A DNA stretch of 61,454 nt, counting the filler. It is 5 parts of 5 records of this genome, joined end to end, with 100 filler letters (N's around TTAATTAATTAA, not from the genome) between each part and the next. Parts side by side here need not be neighbours in the genome. Positions count along the whole stretch, not along the records: positions 26,531 to 46,186 come from SRR31156797_11842; 4 more parts are not named here. The stretch is one strand, 5' to 3'. Numbering within the stretch: the stretch's first letter is position 1; the number at the start of each line of letters is the position of its first letter. Positions 29,773 to 39,046 of this stretch are shown in pieces. The notes under the pieces were generated by a model. That model saw nothing but the letters and a program-made list of their open reading frames with translations. It had not been told where the DNA came from and did not search any database. The position numbers and the translations under genes are program-made.

Positions 29773-31161
29773 TTACTGCACCAAAAGTTTTTTAATGTAC
29801 ACCTGACCTGATAGTTTGTCTGATACCCGTACGAAATAAAAACCCTTATTCAACATGGAAAGACGGATCGAAATCTCGTTCCTGCCATGAGTTGCCTGCA
29901 CAAAATTGCTGTAATGCATTTTACCCATTTGATCAAAAATCTGTATTGAGAGTGTGGTTGTGGATTGGGACACCAGGGCCATATTTACATGATCACCTGC
30001 AGGATTTGGGTATAACCCGATAACTGAAATGTGGGAATTGTTACTAACCCCTCCGGCTCCAATGGTTGTGATGGTGGTTTTGGGATCGCCCACCAGGATA
30101 TTCATCCAGGAAAGGATTTTAGTGGCCATATAATAACTCTCTGCCAGGTTATAGGCATTGCCCCGATCTTCGGTATATCTTGAAAAGAAAATCCCGTAAT
30201 CGGTAAGCTGCGATGCAAACGTAGCATGGATATACCCTGAACCTGCCGGGCAACCTTCGCCAATTATATCAGCTAACAGATAATTATCCAATGTGTTGAG
30301 CGAATCATAAAATGTAAACTCCGGTGGTACAACTATCATCTCAGCATACGATCCTTTATCCCATGAAAAATTTAACGGTTCAGGAGTACTTGACCAAATG
30401 GAACCAACAAAGCCCAAAACATGATCCAGGCCGGTAGGAACTTCGAAGCTTCCGTCAAAAACTGTGTTCCAGCCATATTTATCCAGGGTATCCAGGGCAG
30501 GTTGCATCATGCCTTTAAATACCTCAAATGTGGGTTCACTCTCCTCGATGTAACTAACATCAAACACAAACTTTCCCATCTTCTTATCCACGTACGTTCC
30601 CGGTCCACTCCTGTCAATAAGATTAAACACATCTTCCGGGTTTTTCCCATCCAACCTTGAAACCAGAATCAGATCTGTTGGGCTTTCGCTATGATGAATC
30701 AGGCTGGAAAAATAGGGGTTTTGAACCATATTTGAGCTGAGTATTTCGGTGCTGTCAGCACTGAATAATAATGCAAGTTCAGACTCAACCGACGAACAAT
30801 AAACAAAACTGTGGTTTGGCGATCCAACGTGACAGCTGTCTACTGCAATATCAAATGGAACCCCTTTGGTAGTAACCAAATATTTGATTTTTCCGTCGAG
30901 GCCGTTTTGCTCCATATAGCTTTTCACCTGATATTGAATATTACGGAATTCCAGGGTATCTATCTGTTCATCCGTTACCGTTTCTATATGGATCATATTT
31001 TGTTCGGGGATGTTTCGAACCTGTTTAAAATATTCCCCGATTTGGATGGAAACCCCACTGTTATCATTTACGATCACACCCACATCCTGGTAATCAGTGT
31101 TTTGACCAAATGTAAAGTAGGCCAAAAAAAGTGCTGAGAGAATCAAAATGATCTTTTTCAT
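29773..31161 (-). CDS. TIGR03790 family protein with T9SS type A C-terminal sorting domain
   Basis: VIVNDNS...YFKQVRNIP, LVTTKGVP, SSVESEL, VSRLDG, NLAESYY, LVGDP; CTD LYPNPA...GFYFVRV...KKLLVQ; start moved to MKKII. Confidence 0.75.
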   Translation of the reverse strand: MKKIILILSALFLAYFTFGQNTDYQDVGVIVNDNSGVSIQIGEYFKQVRNIPEQNMIHIETVTDEQIDTLEFRNIQYQVKSYMEQNGLDGKIKYLVTTKGVPFDIAVDSCHVGSPNHSFVYCSSVESELALLFSADSTEILSSNMVQNPYFSSLIHHSESPTDLILVSRLDGKNPEDVFNLIDRSGPGTYVDKKMGKFVFDVSYIEESEPTFEVFKGMMQPALDTLDKYGWNTVFDGSFEVPTGLDHVLGFVGSIWSSTPEPLNFSWDKGSYAEMIVVPPEFTFYDSLNTLDNYLLADIIGEGCPAGSGYIHATFASQLTDYGIFFSRYTEDRGNAYNLAESYYMATKILSWMNILVGDPKTTITTIGAGGVSNNSHISVIGLYPNPAGDHVNMALVSQSTTTLSIQIFDQMGKMHYSNFVQATHGRNEISIRLSMLNKGFYFVRVSDKLSGQVYIKKLLVQ

Positions 31162-31320
31162 GAGCATTGGTATTTTTGGTTGTTTTATATTCTTCGATGT
31201 CTTTGACATTTCCGGAGTATCAATTTGTTTCATTAACTGTTCAACTTTGTGCGATGATTGAGCGTAGCTTAAGCTACACCCAACTACTTGGGTTTATAAA
31301 GAAATTATAATCATAGTGGG

Positions 31321-32772
31321 TTAAAAAGTCCACTTCAATCCAATTTTCACTCCGGCTTCAAAAGGATGCTTTATCTTGAGTGTTTCACCGGTTCTTATAC
31401 CATCAGGATACCACCATATTGAAGGCTCGGCATACATTGCCATCCTTTCACTGATACGTAAACCGGCCCCCAGCGAAATGTGGCATTTCCATTTCAGGCT
31501 ATATTTACCAGCCAGGCTGTTCCGCACATCCGTTACCTTTATATTTTCCTGCTCGGGGTTTCCGGGAATTACCCTTCCGGTAACAATCATCATATCGAGC
31601 CCGGTTTTCAGGTCGAGATATTTTCTACCCTGATCATATATGCGGTAGCCCGCCGTGAGCGGAATTGTGGTAGTAGATAATTTTACGAGGTCGTATTTCT
31701 CCTCTGCCACAAATACCGAGTCATAAACATCGATTACTTCAACCGAATAAATCACCTGGGTAAGGGTGTCACCCTGTTCATTCACATATTCTTCGGTATG
31801 CTGACTGGGTGTGATCACTGTTCCAAGGAATACAAAGGCAAAATAGTCCACCTCAATTTTATCCTCAAACTCCACCCGGCTCTGGCTTACACCTGTTTCG
31901 AGCAAAAACCTGTTTTGCACCATCCCGATGTAGGCTCCAAATCCCGGACTGAATACCCAATCGTCATGGATGGTAGAAATATTTCTGATGGTAGATGGCT
32001 GGAAAAATATGCCCGCTTCAAAATCAACTTCCTTAGCAAAAGATAATTTCCTCCCGGAATTGGCCTGGTTCTTTGGTGCATTTTGCCGGCCTGAATATTT
32101 TTCAGCCCGACCAAAAAAAGTCAGGGAGTTCAGCTCCGGCATAGATTTCAAGTCACTGGATTCAGACAGAGAATTTGCTCCGGCACTTTCCAACCCCTGC
32201 AAGATTTTAGCATCCCCCGTGGCACCTGTTTCCGATGGTTCAGGGAAATTCGTTTTTAAATTCCCGACAACTGACCTTTCTGTTGCCTGTGTTGGTTCCT
32301 CTGATATTTTGACTACATCTTTTTCAGGGTGGATTACCTCCTGTGCTTTTTCTACAGGTGGTATGTTTTCCGGTTTTTGCCTTTCTGATGGAATAGCAGC
32401 AGATTCAAGTGTAACTTCAGAACTCGGGCCTCTTCCTTTTTGTATTTTTTCTTCCGGTACAAATTGTTCAGTGTTCCTTTGATTGGCCTGATCTTTAACT
32501 CCGGAGTTCCAAAAAACCACAAGCAAAATAATTACCAGCCCGGCCAACACACTTCTCATATAAATGCTATTCAAGGAATACCATGGAACCGGAAGCTTAC
32601 GACTAATAGCCGGCCAAAGAGCAACTAATGGCTTATGTTTGGGCAACCGGTCGGCAAGTGAAACTGATCCGGCATCAAGGTGTTTCGCAATACCAGGCCA
32701 CAAATCCTTGCCGGGGCTGTGTTTGGGCAGCCACTCCGGAAAATCAGATTTATGTTTATTCGCCTCGCTCAT
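31321..32772 (-). CDS. Putative anti-sigma factor with TM helix and C-terminal outer-membrane beta-barrel
   Basis: ATGA overlap with ECF sigma; duplicated LPKHxPxxxLWPxI N-terminus, TM helix, low-complexity linker, beta-strands ending KIGLKWTF. Confidence 0.65.
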   Translation of the reverse strand: MSEANKHKSDFPEWLPKHSPGKDLWPGIAKHLDAGSVSLADRLPKHKPLVALWPAISRKLPVPWYSLNSIYMRSVLAGLVIILLVVFWNSGVKDQANQRNTEQFVPEEKIQKGRGPSSEVTLESAAIPSERQKPENIPPVEKAQEVIHPEKDVVKISEEPTQATERSVVGNLKTNFPEPSETGATGDAKILQGLESAGANSLSESSDLKSMPELNSLTFFGRAEKYSGRQNAPKNQANSGRKLSFAKEVDFEAGIFFQPSTIRNISTIHDDWVFSPGFGAYIGMVQNRFLLETGVSQSRVEFEDKIEVDYFAFVFLGTVITPSQHTEEYVNEQGDTLTQVIYSVEVIDVYDSVFVAEEKYDLVKLSTTTIPLTAGYRIYDQGRKYLDLKTGLDMMIVTGRVIPGNPEQENIKVTDVRNSLAGKYSLKWKCHISLGAGLRISERMAMYAEPSIWWYPDGIRTGETLKIKHPFEAGVKIGLKWTF

Positions 32773-33299
32773 ATCGCATTTACTTTTATCAGCCTTTTCC
32801 TCAATAACTGTTTGGCTCTTGAAAGTTGAGATTTCGATCCATTTTCAGAAATCCCCAGCATCTCACCCACCTCTTTGTGTTTATAGCCTTCAACTTCCAC
32901 CAGCAGAAAAACACTCCTGTATCCATCAGGCAACGAAAGGATCAACTGTTCCAGGTACTCTCCTGACAGGTCATCCGGAAAATCTACCGGAGCCTCATTT
33001 GTATGATCGTCCAGATTTTCAGTAAACCTCAGTTCCCTCAGGTATTTCAGTGCCCTGCGAACAACTATGGTTTTTATCCACGCTCCGATCGTACTATCAC
33101 CCCTGAAATTTTTAATATGTTTAAAAACATCAATAAATCCCTCCTGTAGTGCATCCTGCGCATCTTCGTGGTTGCCAAGTATGCGATACGCCGTTGCATA
33201 CATCGCATCGCAATACAACTCATAAAGTCGCTTTTGATCCCGGCGCTTATTTCGCCGGCAGCCTTCGATAATATGTTGCAGATCTGCCTGCTGGTTCAC
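32769..33299 (-). CDS. ECF sigma-70 factor
   Basis: DAQDALQEGF, WIKTI (region 2); LPDGYRSVFLLVEVEGYKHKEVGEMLGISENGSKSQLSRAK (region 4). Confidence 0.93.
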   Translation of the reverse strand: MNQQADLQHIIEGCRRNKRRDQKRLYELYCDAMYATAYRILGNHEDAQDALQEGFIDVFKHIKNFRGDSTIGAWIKTIVVRRALKYLRELRFTENLDDHTNEAPVDFPDDLSGEYLEQLILSLPDGYRSVFLLVEVEGYKHKEVGEMLGISENGSKSQLSRAKQLLRKRLIKVNAI

Positions 33300-33408
33300 A
33301 AATTCCGTTTTATTTAATGAGTGTGATTTACAGAAATAAGTTGCATGAAGTCGAAATTTCGTTCTAGCATCGAAATGCTTAACTTTGCTATAAACAACAG
33401 TTTGTGAT

Positions 33409-35460
33409 ATGAAACATTTTATGCCACTGCTATTTTTCCTGATTTTTCTTTCGCCTTCAATCAGTAAAGCGCAAAACCCAACACCCGATTCATGCCTTGT
33501 ACCGATAGGTATGAACCTCGCAGGGCCTTCGGATTATGGCGGAGAATGGCCATTTAACAATATCATGAAATATTGCCGTACCTGGATCAGCCAGAACGTT
33601 GTTTGGTACGGGGGCGGACAGAACATGTGGGACACCCAGCTCCAGGAATTTTTTGATTATGATGAAAACGGCTATCCGCTAAAAGTTCCCATCGACATTA
33701 CACATCCTAACGCTGACACTTCCCAGATGCTGCTCACCGTATGGGCCAATACCTTCAGCCTGCCCGAAGGAACCTATGTGGTTTTGTACGATGGTGAGGG
33801 TGTGCTGGATTTCAGATTTGATGCTCAAAAAATTTCCGAAACCCCGGGAAGAGTCGAAGTTGAGGTAACACATAATGATCAGCTCATGGCTTTGCAGATC
33901 AAGCAATCTACCGAAGGCAACCACATCAGGAATATCAGATTTCTGCTTCCGGGAACTGAAAATATTTACCAGGAAAATCCCTGGTGCGAGCAATGGCTTG
34001 AAAAGTTGGAGCCTTTCCGCCAGTTGCGGTTTATGGACTGGGGCTACACCAACAATTCGAGGCTGCGCAACTGGAACTGCAGGCCAAAGGTCGACGATTA
34101 CACTTACACCATGGCCGGAATGCCCTACGAGTGGATGATAGAAATCTGCAACCGCAAACAGGCTGATGCATGGGTTTGCGTTCCACACCTGGCTAATGAT
34201 GATTACATCAGCAATTTGGCCGCACTTTTCTGTGACAACCTGGATCCCAACCTGACCATTTATGTGGAGTATTCTAACGAGCTGTGGAACTGGATGTTCA
34301 ACCAGGCTCACTATGGGCTGGACTCACTGGATCAAAACCTGCCCTGGCCGGAACGCCTCGGGCCTAAAATTGAATCGGTATTCGACATCTGGGATGATGT
34401 TTTTAGCGGACAAGAAAACCGACTTTACAAAGTTGTGGGTGCTCAGCTTAGTTATCCTGATATTGTGGATCGCATCCTCGATTACATGCCGCCAGGCAAA
34501 GCCGATGCCATTACCGGAACCGCCTACATCGGGTTGAATGGTGACACACTTAGCCATTATGGTGCAAACCTTACGGTGAACAAAGTTTTTGAAATGGCAA
34601 ACCGGGAAGTGGAAAATGATTTTGACTACTATTTGAAAACCCATAAACAAATCGCCGACGACGAAGGCATCGGGCTGGTGTATTATGAGGGCGGACAACA
34701 TTTTACACCGCATCCCTTTGGTAGCATTCAGCCCTACAACGATACGCTGGTGGCCGCTCAAACTGACCACAGGATGTACGACCTCTACTACCGGATTATA
34801 GATTCGTTGCGGGCTGTGGCGGATGAACCCTCGGTGTTCATGAATTTTTCCTTCATTTCGCAATTCAGTGGCCAATATGGGAGTTGGGGTGTTTTGCAAA
34901 ACCAGTTCACCCAATATCCACCCTACCAAGGTGCCCCAAAATATGAGGCGCTACTCGACAATATTTATTACTGTAATGCTCCACAAACACAAATCATCAC
35001 ACTCAAAGAAGGATGGAGCGGCATTTCAACATACCTCCTGCCGGCCGATTTAAACATAGAAACCTTGTTTGCACCGGTCGACAATGATCTGATAATTCTC
35101 AACAACTACCAGGGTTTTTACTATCCGGTTGCCCAAACCAACACACTAGGGATTTGGGAGGTCCGATCTGGCTACCGGATTAAGATGGAAACACAGCAGC
35201 AACTCGAAATTTCAGGATCGGCTTTAACAGATAAAACCATATTGCTGCAGGCCGGTTGGAACCTGCTGCCGGTTTTATCCGCCGAAAATGTGGCTATCGA
35301 AGGCATAGCTTCTCAACTTGGTGATAACCTGGTTGTGATAAGTGAAATTGGAGGAGTAAATGTTTACTGGCCGGAGATGGGTGTGTATTCGCTGCAAATC
35401 CTTGAGCCTGGGAAAGCTTACTTCATCAAGGTTCTTGAAGCCTCATCGATGCATTTTTAG
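33409..35460 (+). CDS. Secreted putative glycoside hydrolase-like TIM-barrel protein with C-terminal GWN module
   Basis: Signal peptide; LRFMDW..TN, YVEYSNELWN, YYEGGQH, YGSWG; C-terminal EGWSGISTY and AGWNLLPV units. Confidence 0.65.
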   Translation: MKHFMPLLFFLIFLSPSISKAQNPTPDSCLVPIGMNLAGPSDYGGEWPFNNIMKYCRTWISQNVVWYGGGQNMWDTQLQEFFDYDENGYPLKVPIDITHPNADTSQMLLTVWANTFSLPEGTYVVLYDGEGVLDFRFDAQKISETPGRVEVEVTHNDQLMALQIKQSTEGNHIRNIRFLLPGTENIYQENPWCEQWLEKLEPFRQLRFMDWGYTNNSRLRNWNCRPKVDDYTYTMAGMPYEWMIEICNRKQADAWVCVPHLANDDYISNLAALFCDNLDPNLTIYVEYSNELWNWMFNQAHYGLDSLDQNLPWPERLGPKIESVFDIWDDVFSGQENRLYKVVGAQLSYPDIVDRILDYMPPGKADAITGTAYIGLNGDTLSHYGANLTVNKVFEMANREVENDFDYYLKTHKQIADDEGIGLVYYEGGQHFTPHPFGSIQPYNDTLVAAQTDHRMYDLYYRIIDSLRAVADEPSVFMNFSFISQFSGQYGSWGVLQNQFTQYPPYQGAPKYEALLDNIYYCNAPQTQIITLKEGWSGISTYLLPADLNIETLFAPVDNDLIILNNYQGFYYPVAQTNTLGIWEVRSGYRIKMETQQQLEISGSALTDKTILLQAGWNLLPVLSAENVAIEGIASQLGDNLVVISEIGGVNVYWPEMGVYSLQILEPGKAYFIKVLEASSMHF

Positions 35461-35506
35461 TATAAGAACCTGTTCAAAATGTCATGGTTAATATCCGTAA
35501 CAATCG

Positions 35507-35602
35507 TTACATAATTTATGTTACACTTTTTATGTACTTTTATTTACATTTTTTATGTTACATATTTCATGTATTTTCTATTGCGTTTTTTATGTAATTA
35601 CA
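35507..35602 (+). repeat. 37-bp-period imperfect tandem repeat with ACAT-N5-ATGT-type palindromes
   Basis: Units start at 35507, 35544 and 35581 (third partial); boxes at 35509, 35523, 35546 and 35560. Confidence 0.75.
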
Positions 35603-35611
35603 TTACCTTTG
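35581..35611 (+). promoter_or_regulatory. Bacteroidetes housekeeping promoter (-33/-7)
   Basis: TTG-N20-TACCTTTG matches (T)TTG-N19-21-TAnnTTTG. Confidence 0.65.
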
Positions 35612-35627
35612 CGGAAATAGAACATGT

Positions 35628-36743
35628 ATGGACAAGAACAATCCTTTCAGCCTGGCTTATAATCCAGATCATTTCTGCGACCGGGAACAGGAACTAAAGC
35701 AACTGGAGTCCAATGCATTCAATGGCATCAATACGGTTGTTCACAGTCCAAGGAGGCTGGGAAAATCATTCCTCATCAGGCATTTGTTTCACCAAATGGA
35801 AAAGGAAAACCTGGTGACAACCATTTATGTGGATTTATTTGCCACCGAAAATATGCAGGATCTCATTCAAAATCTTTCGGATAAAGTGCTGGACACATTT
35901 CACAGGCGAAACCTGTTCAAGGGCATCGAACAGATTTTGAAGGGCCTCAACCCTACCGTAAGTTTCGACAGGGATGGCACGCCAAAGTTCAGCCTGGAAA
36001 TCAACCCAAAGCAATACTCAGCATCATTGGAACAGATTTTTTCCTATCTCGAAAAAAGAAACAAAAAAGTGCTTATCGCGTTCGACGAGTTTCAGGAAGT
36101 GGCCGGCTATCCTGAAAAAGCCGAAGCCATGCTGCGGTCACAAATCCAAACTCTGAACAATGTAAATTTTATTTTTTCGGGAAGCACAGGACATATTTTA
36201 CAAGAAATGTTCCTGGGGGCAAAACGGCCGTTTTACCAGTCGGCGGACGTGCTGGTGCTGGGAAAAATCGAGCGGGAGATCTACCATCCTTTCATCATGG
36301 AAACGTTCAAAAAAGGTGGCAAAAGTGTTGAGCATGATGCCGTAGAGTTTATACTTGACTTCACCGAAGTTCATACTTACTACACCGAAATGCTTTGCAA
36401 CATTTGCTATTCGCAGACCAAAAAAAACCTCACCCTTAAAATGGCTGAGGAAATGGCCATCCGGTTTCTGGAAAACCGGAAGTTCGACTACCTCAACATC
36501 ATGAACCTGATGACAGATAACCAGAAAAACCTCTTAAAAGCTATCGCGCTTGAAGGCAACGTTGCCAAACCCAACGCCAATCAATTTCTACAAAAATACA
36601 AACTCCCCACACCATCGTCTGTAAACCAGGCTTTAAAAACTTTACTGAATAGGGAAATCCTTTTTAAAACCCTGGATGGATACAAAGTGTACGACGTATT
36701 CCTCAGGCGGTTTGTGGAACAATATTTTTCCACACGTTCGTAA
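35628..36743 (+). CDS. P-loop ATPase (ATPase_2/COG1672-like) with probable C-terminal winged helix
   Basis: NPF..FCDRE, SPRRLGKS Walker A, IAFDEFQE Walker B, FSGS; C-terminal SSVNQALKTL...YKVYD. Confidence 0.82.
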   Translation: MDKNNPFSLAYNPDHFCDREQELKQLESNAFNGINTVVHSPRRLGKSFLIRHLFHQMEKENLVTTIYVDLFATENMQDLIQNLSDKVLDTFHRRNLFKGIEQILKGLNPTVSFDRDGTPKFSLEINPKQYSASLEQIFSYLEKRNKKVLIAFDEFQEVAGYPEKAEAMLRSQIQTLNNVNFIFSGSTGHILQEMFLGAKRPFYQSADVLVLGKIEREIYHPFIMETFKKGGKSVEHDAVEFILDFTEVHTYYTEMLCNICYSQTKKNLTLKMAEEMAIRFLENRKFDYLNIMNLMTDNQKNLLKAIALEGNVAKPNANQFLQKYKLPTPSSVNQALKTLLNREILFKTLDGYKVYDVFLRRFVEQYFSTRS

Positions 36744-36814
36744 CTAAAATCTGAATGCACTCACTTCGGGAATTTAGATAATTTTACCCACATTTTTAAA
36801 TAGCAAAACTCAAT

Positions 36815-37858
36815 ATGATATCACCAGAAATAGCAGGAATCCAGGAAATTGCCATTCATAAAATTGGAAACCACAATAATGATGAAGGCGTAAATTACTC
36901 AGCATCCAGCGTAAAGATCAGCGACCATATTAGCAACCTGCTGATCCATTACTTTTTTTCTTCCTTCAAATCTGAAGCGTATTTCAACCTTTACCACGAA
37001 AATGAAGTAGGTGAAAATGAAGTTTATCTCCTGGCAAATGCAATCTTTGAAAGTCCGGATCAGCTTTTTGAACATTCAAAGTCACTTGCCAATTTACTAT
37101 ATCAAAACTCCTCACATCCCAACATCAAATCCGGGGAGTTTTATACGGTTTATTTCAGCGATTGCATTGTGGATGGCGAACAGGTAGATGCCATCGGGTT
37201 GTTTAAATCGGAAAGTAGAGAAACCTACCTGAAGGTGATGCCTGCGGATGAAAATTACGATATCGGTTCAGACTCGGGGATCAACATAAACAAGCTGGAC
37301 AAAGGTTGCCTGATTTTTGATACTGAAAAAGAGAATGGCTACCTGGTGGCAGTGGTTGACAACCTGAGTAAGGGTTCGGAAACACAATTCTGGTTTGACC
37401 ATTTCCTGCAAGTCAGACAGCGTGAGGATGTGTTTTTTAAAACACAGTCGGCCATTAAAATGTGCAAGGAATTTGTTACCGACAAAATGCCGCAGGAATT
37501 TGAACTCGACAAAGCCGACCAGGCCGAGATTCTCAATAAATCCAAAGCATTTTTTAAAGAACATGAAAATTTCGACTTCGATGATTACAGCAGCGAGGTG
37601 ATGCAGGAACCTCAGATTATTGAGAGTTTTAAAAATCATAAACGTGAGTATGAAACTGAAAACCAGTTAGCTTTCGAGGATGCGTTTGATATTTCCGCTC
37701 CGGCTGTAAAGAAATCTTCGAAAGTTTTTAAAAGTGTGATCAAGCTGGATAAGAATTTCCACATTTACGTGCATGGCAACCGCGATCGCATCCGCAGGGG
37801 GTATGACGAAGAAATGGGGATGCATTTTTACCAATGTTTTTTTGAAGAGGAGGCATAG
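36815..37858 (+). CDS. Nucleoid-associated protein, NA37/YejK family
   Basis: IHKIGN, HPNIKSGE, GLFKSE, KLDKGCLIF, KSVIKLDKNFHIY. Confidence 0.82.
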   Translation: MISPEIAGIQEIAIHKIGNHNNDEGVNYSASSVKISDHISNLLIHYFFSSFKSEAYFNLYHENEVGENEVYLLANAIFESPDQLFEHSKSLANLLYQNSSHPNIKSGEFYTVYFSDCIVDGEQVDAIGLFKSESRETYLKVMPADENYDIGSDSGININKLDKGCLIFDTEKENGYLVAVVDNLSKGSETQFWFDHFLQVRQREDVFFKTQSAIKMCKEFVTDKMPQEFELDKADQAEILNKSKAFFKEHENFDFDDYSSEVMQEPQIIESFKNHKREYETENQLAFEDAFDISAPAVKKSSKVFKSVIKLDKNFHIYVHGNRDRIRRGYDEEMGMHFYQCFFEEEA

Positions 37859-38092
37859 GGCAGAGCACAAAGCGAAGGAATGAGAAAGATTTGGGTTGTG
37901 GAGCCGTTTGAGATTGGAGTGTTAGAGGATTGGAGTAATGAAGGAATGAAGCGTTGGGTCACTGTGCCTACCAGCTATTTAACAGATAATTAACAGTTTA
38001 CAAGTTTTCATCCTGATTATTGTTCCTTAAATTTGCCTTCTATTATTTAGCGGAATAATCCGGTCATTTCCAACTCCAAAAATTAGTGATAT

Positions 38093-39046
38093 ATGAAAAA
38101 ACTTGTAAAAGGTTCCAGCTTACTGCTCTATCTGCTCACGATCCTGGTATTCTTTTTTGTAGGCGTTTTTTATGTGATGATAACCGGTGCGGCTGAGGGG
38201 CAGGGACTGGCAGCCGGAGCCATTGTGATTGGCAATGGAATTATTTTCGCGTTCGTGGCGCTGGTGGCCTCCATCGTTTTGGTTTATTATACCAAAACTC
38301 CGGTTATCAAAAAAGTGAATATTGTTCTGGCACTTGCGCTTGTCTTGTGTATAGGATATCTTGTTTTCAGAAGCATACAAAAAGAAGAAACACAAACAAC
38401 TTTTCTTCATCAACCGCGGTTATCGCCCACTGCAATTGCAATGACAGACCCACAGGAAATCACCCGAACCGAAGTAAATCAGGAAGAGCCGGGAATTGGC
38501 TTTTTCAAACCAACACTTTTTGATACTCCTGCACTATATTTTTACGGCAACCCCAATTTTATGAAGCCTGTGATGGAACATCCTCCTTTTGACAGTATTT
38601 CATTCATGCAACGCGAATACGGAGGCTACGACATCAGTTATGCGCCCCCCTGGTTTGTGCCTGCTCATCTCAAGCTGGACTATGACATGTTGTATTTAAA
38701 AGTAGTGGGTTTGAGCGGAGATTTTGCCGAAGTGATCGTCAACAAATTTACCGGCCGCAAAGCTTATGTAAACCGATATGCAGGAAATGTGATTTTCTGG
38801 CCGGATTTTTTACTCCGGGTTCATTCGATAGAGATGCTCCCGGAACATGAGCAAACCGTTCGGGTTAAACCATTGGACTATGCCGGCGAGGTGAAAATTC
38901 CACATGTATTCATGAAGGCTGTTTTGGTTAAAGATCAATGGGTGAATGTCCAACTGCAGGATGATAATTTCCGGGAGGTTGGTGAAGGCTGGATCAGGTG
39001 GCGCGATGAGTATGGGTTGTTGATTCGGTATTCGTTATTGAGTTGA
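38093..39046 (+). CDS. Hypothetical membrane protein (3 TM plus soluble domain)
   Basis: 317-aa ORF with three N-terminal hydrophobic helices; C-terminal GWIRW. Confidence 0.65.
   Translation: MKKLVKGSSLLLYLLTILVFFFVGVFYVMITGAAEGQGLAAGAIVIGNGIIFAFVALVASIVLVYYTKTPVIKKVNIVLALALVLCIGYLVFRSIQKEETQTTFLHQPRLSPTAIAMTDPQEITRTEVNQEEPGIGFFKPTLFDTPALYFYGNPNFMKPVMEHPPFDSISFMQREYGGYDISYAPPWFVPAHLKLDYDMLYLKVVGLSGDFAEVIVNKFTGRKAYVNRYAGNVIFWPDFLLRVHSIEMLPEHEQTVRVKPLDYAGEVKIPHVFMKAVLVKDQWVNVQLQDDNFREVGEGWIRWRDEYGLLIRYSLLS

Noticed and set aside
35507..35602. CRISPR array
   Set aside because: Units are contiguous, degenerate and AT-rich with no unique spacers; no cas genes in the window
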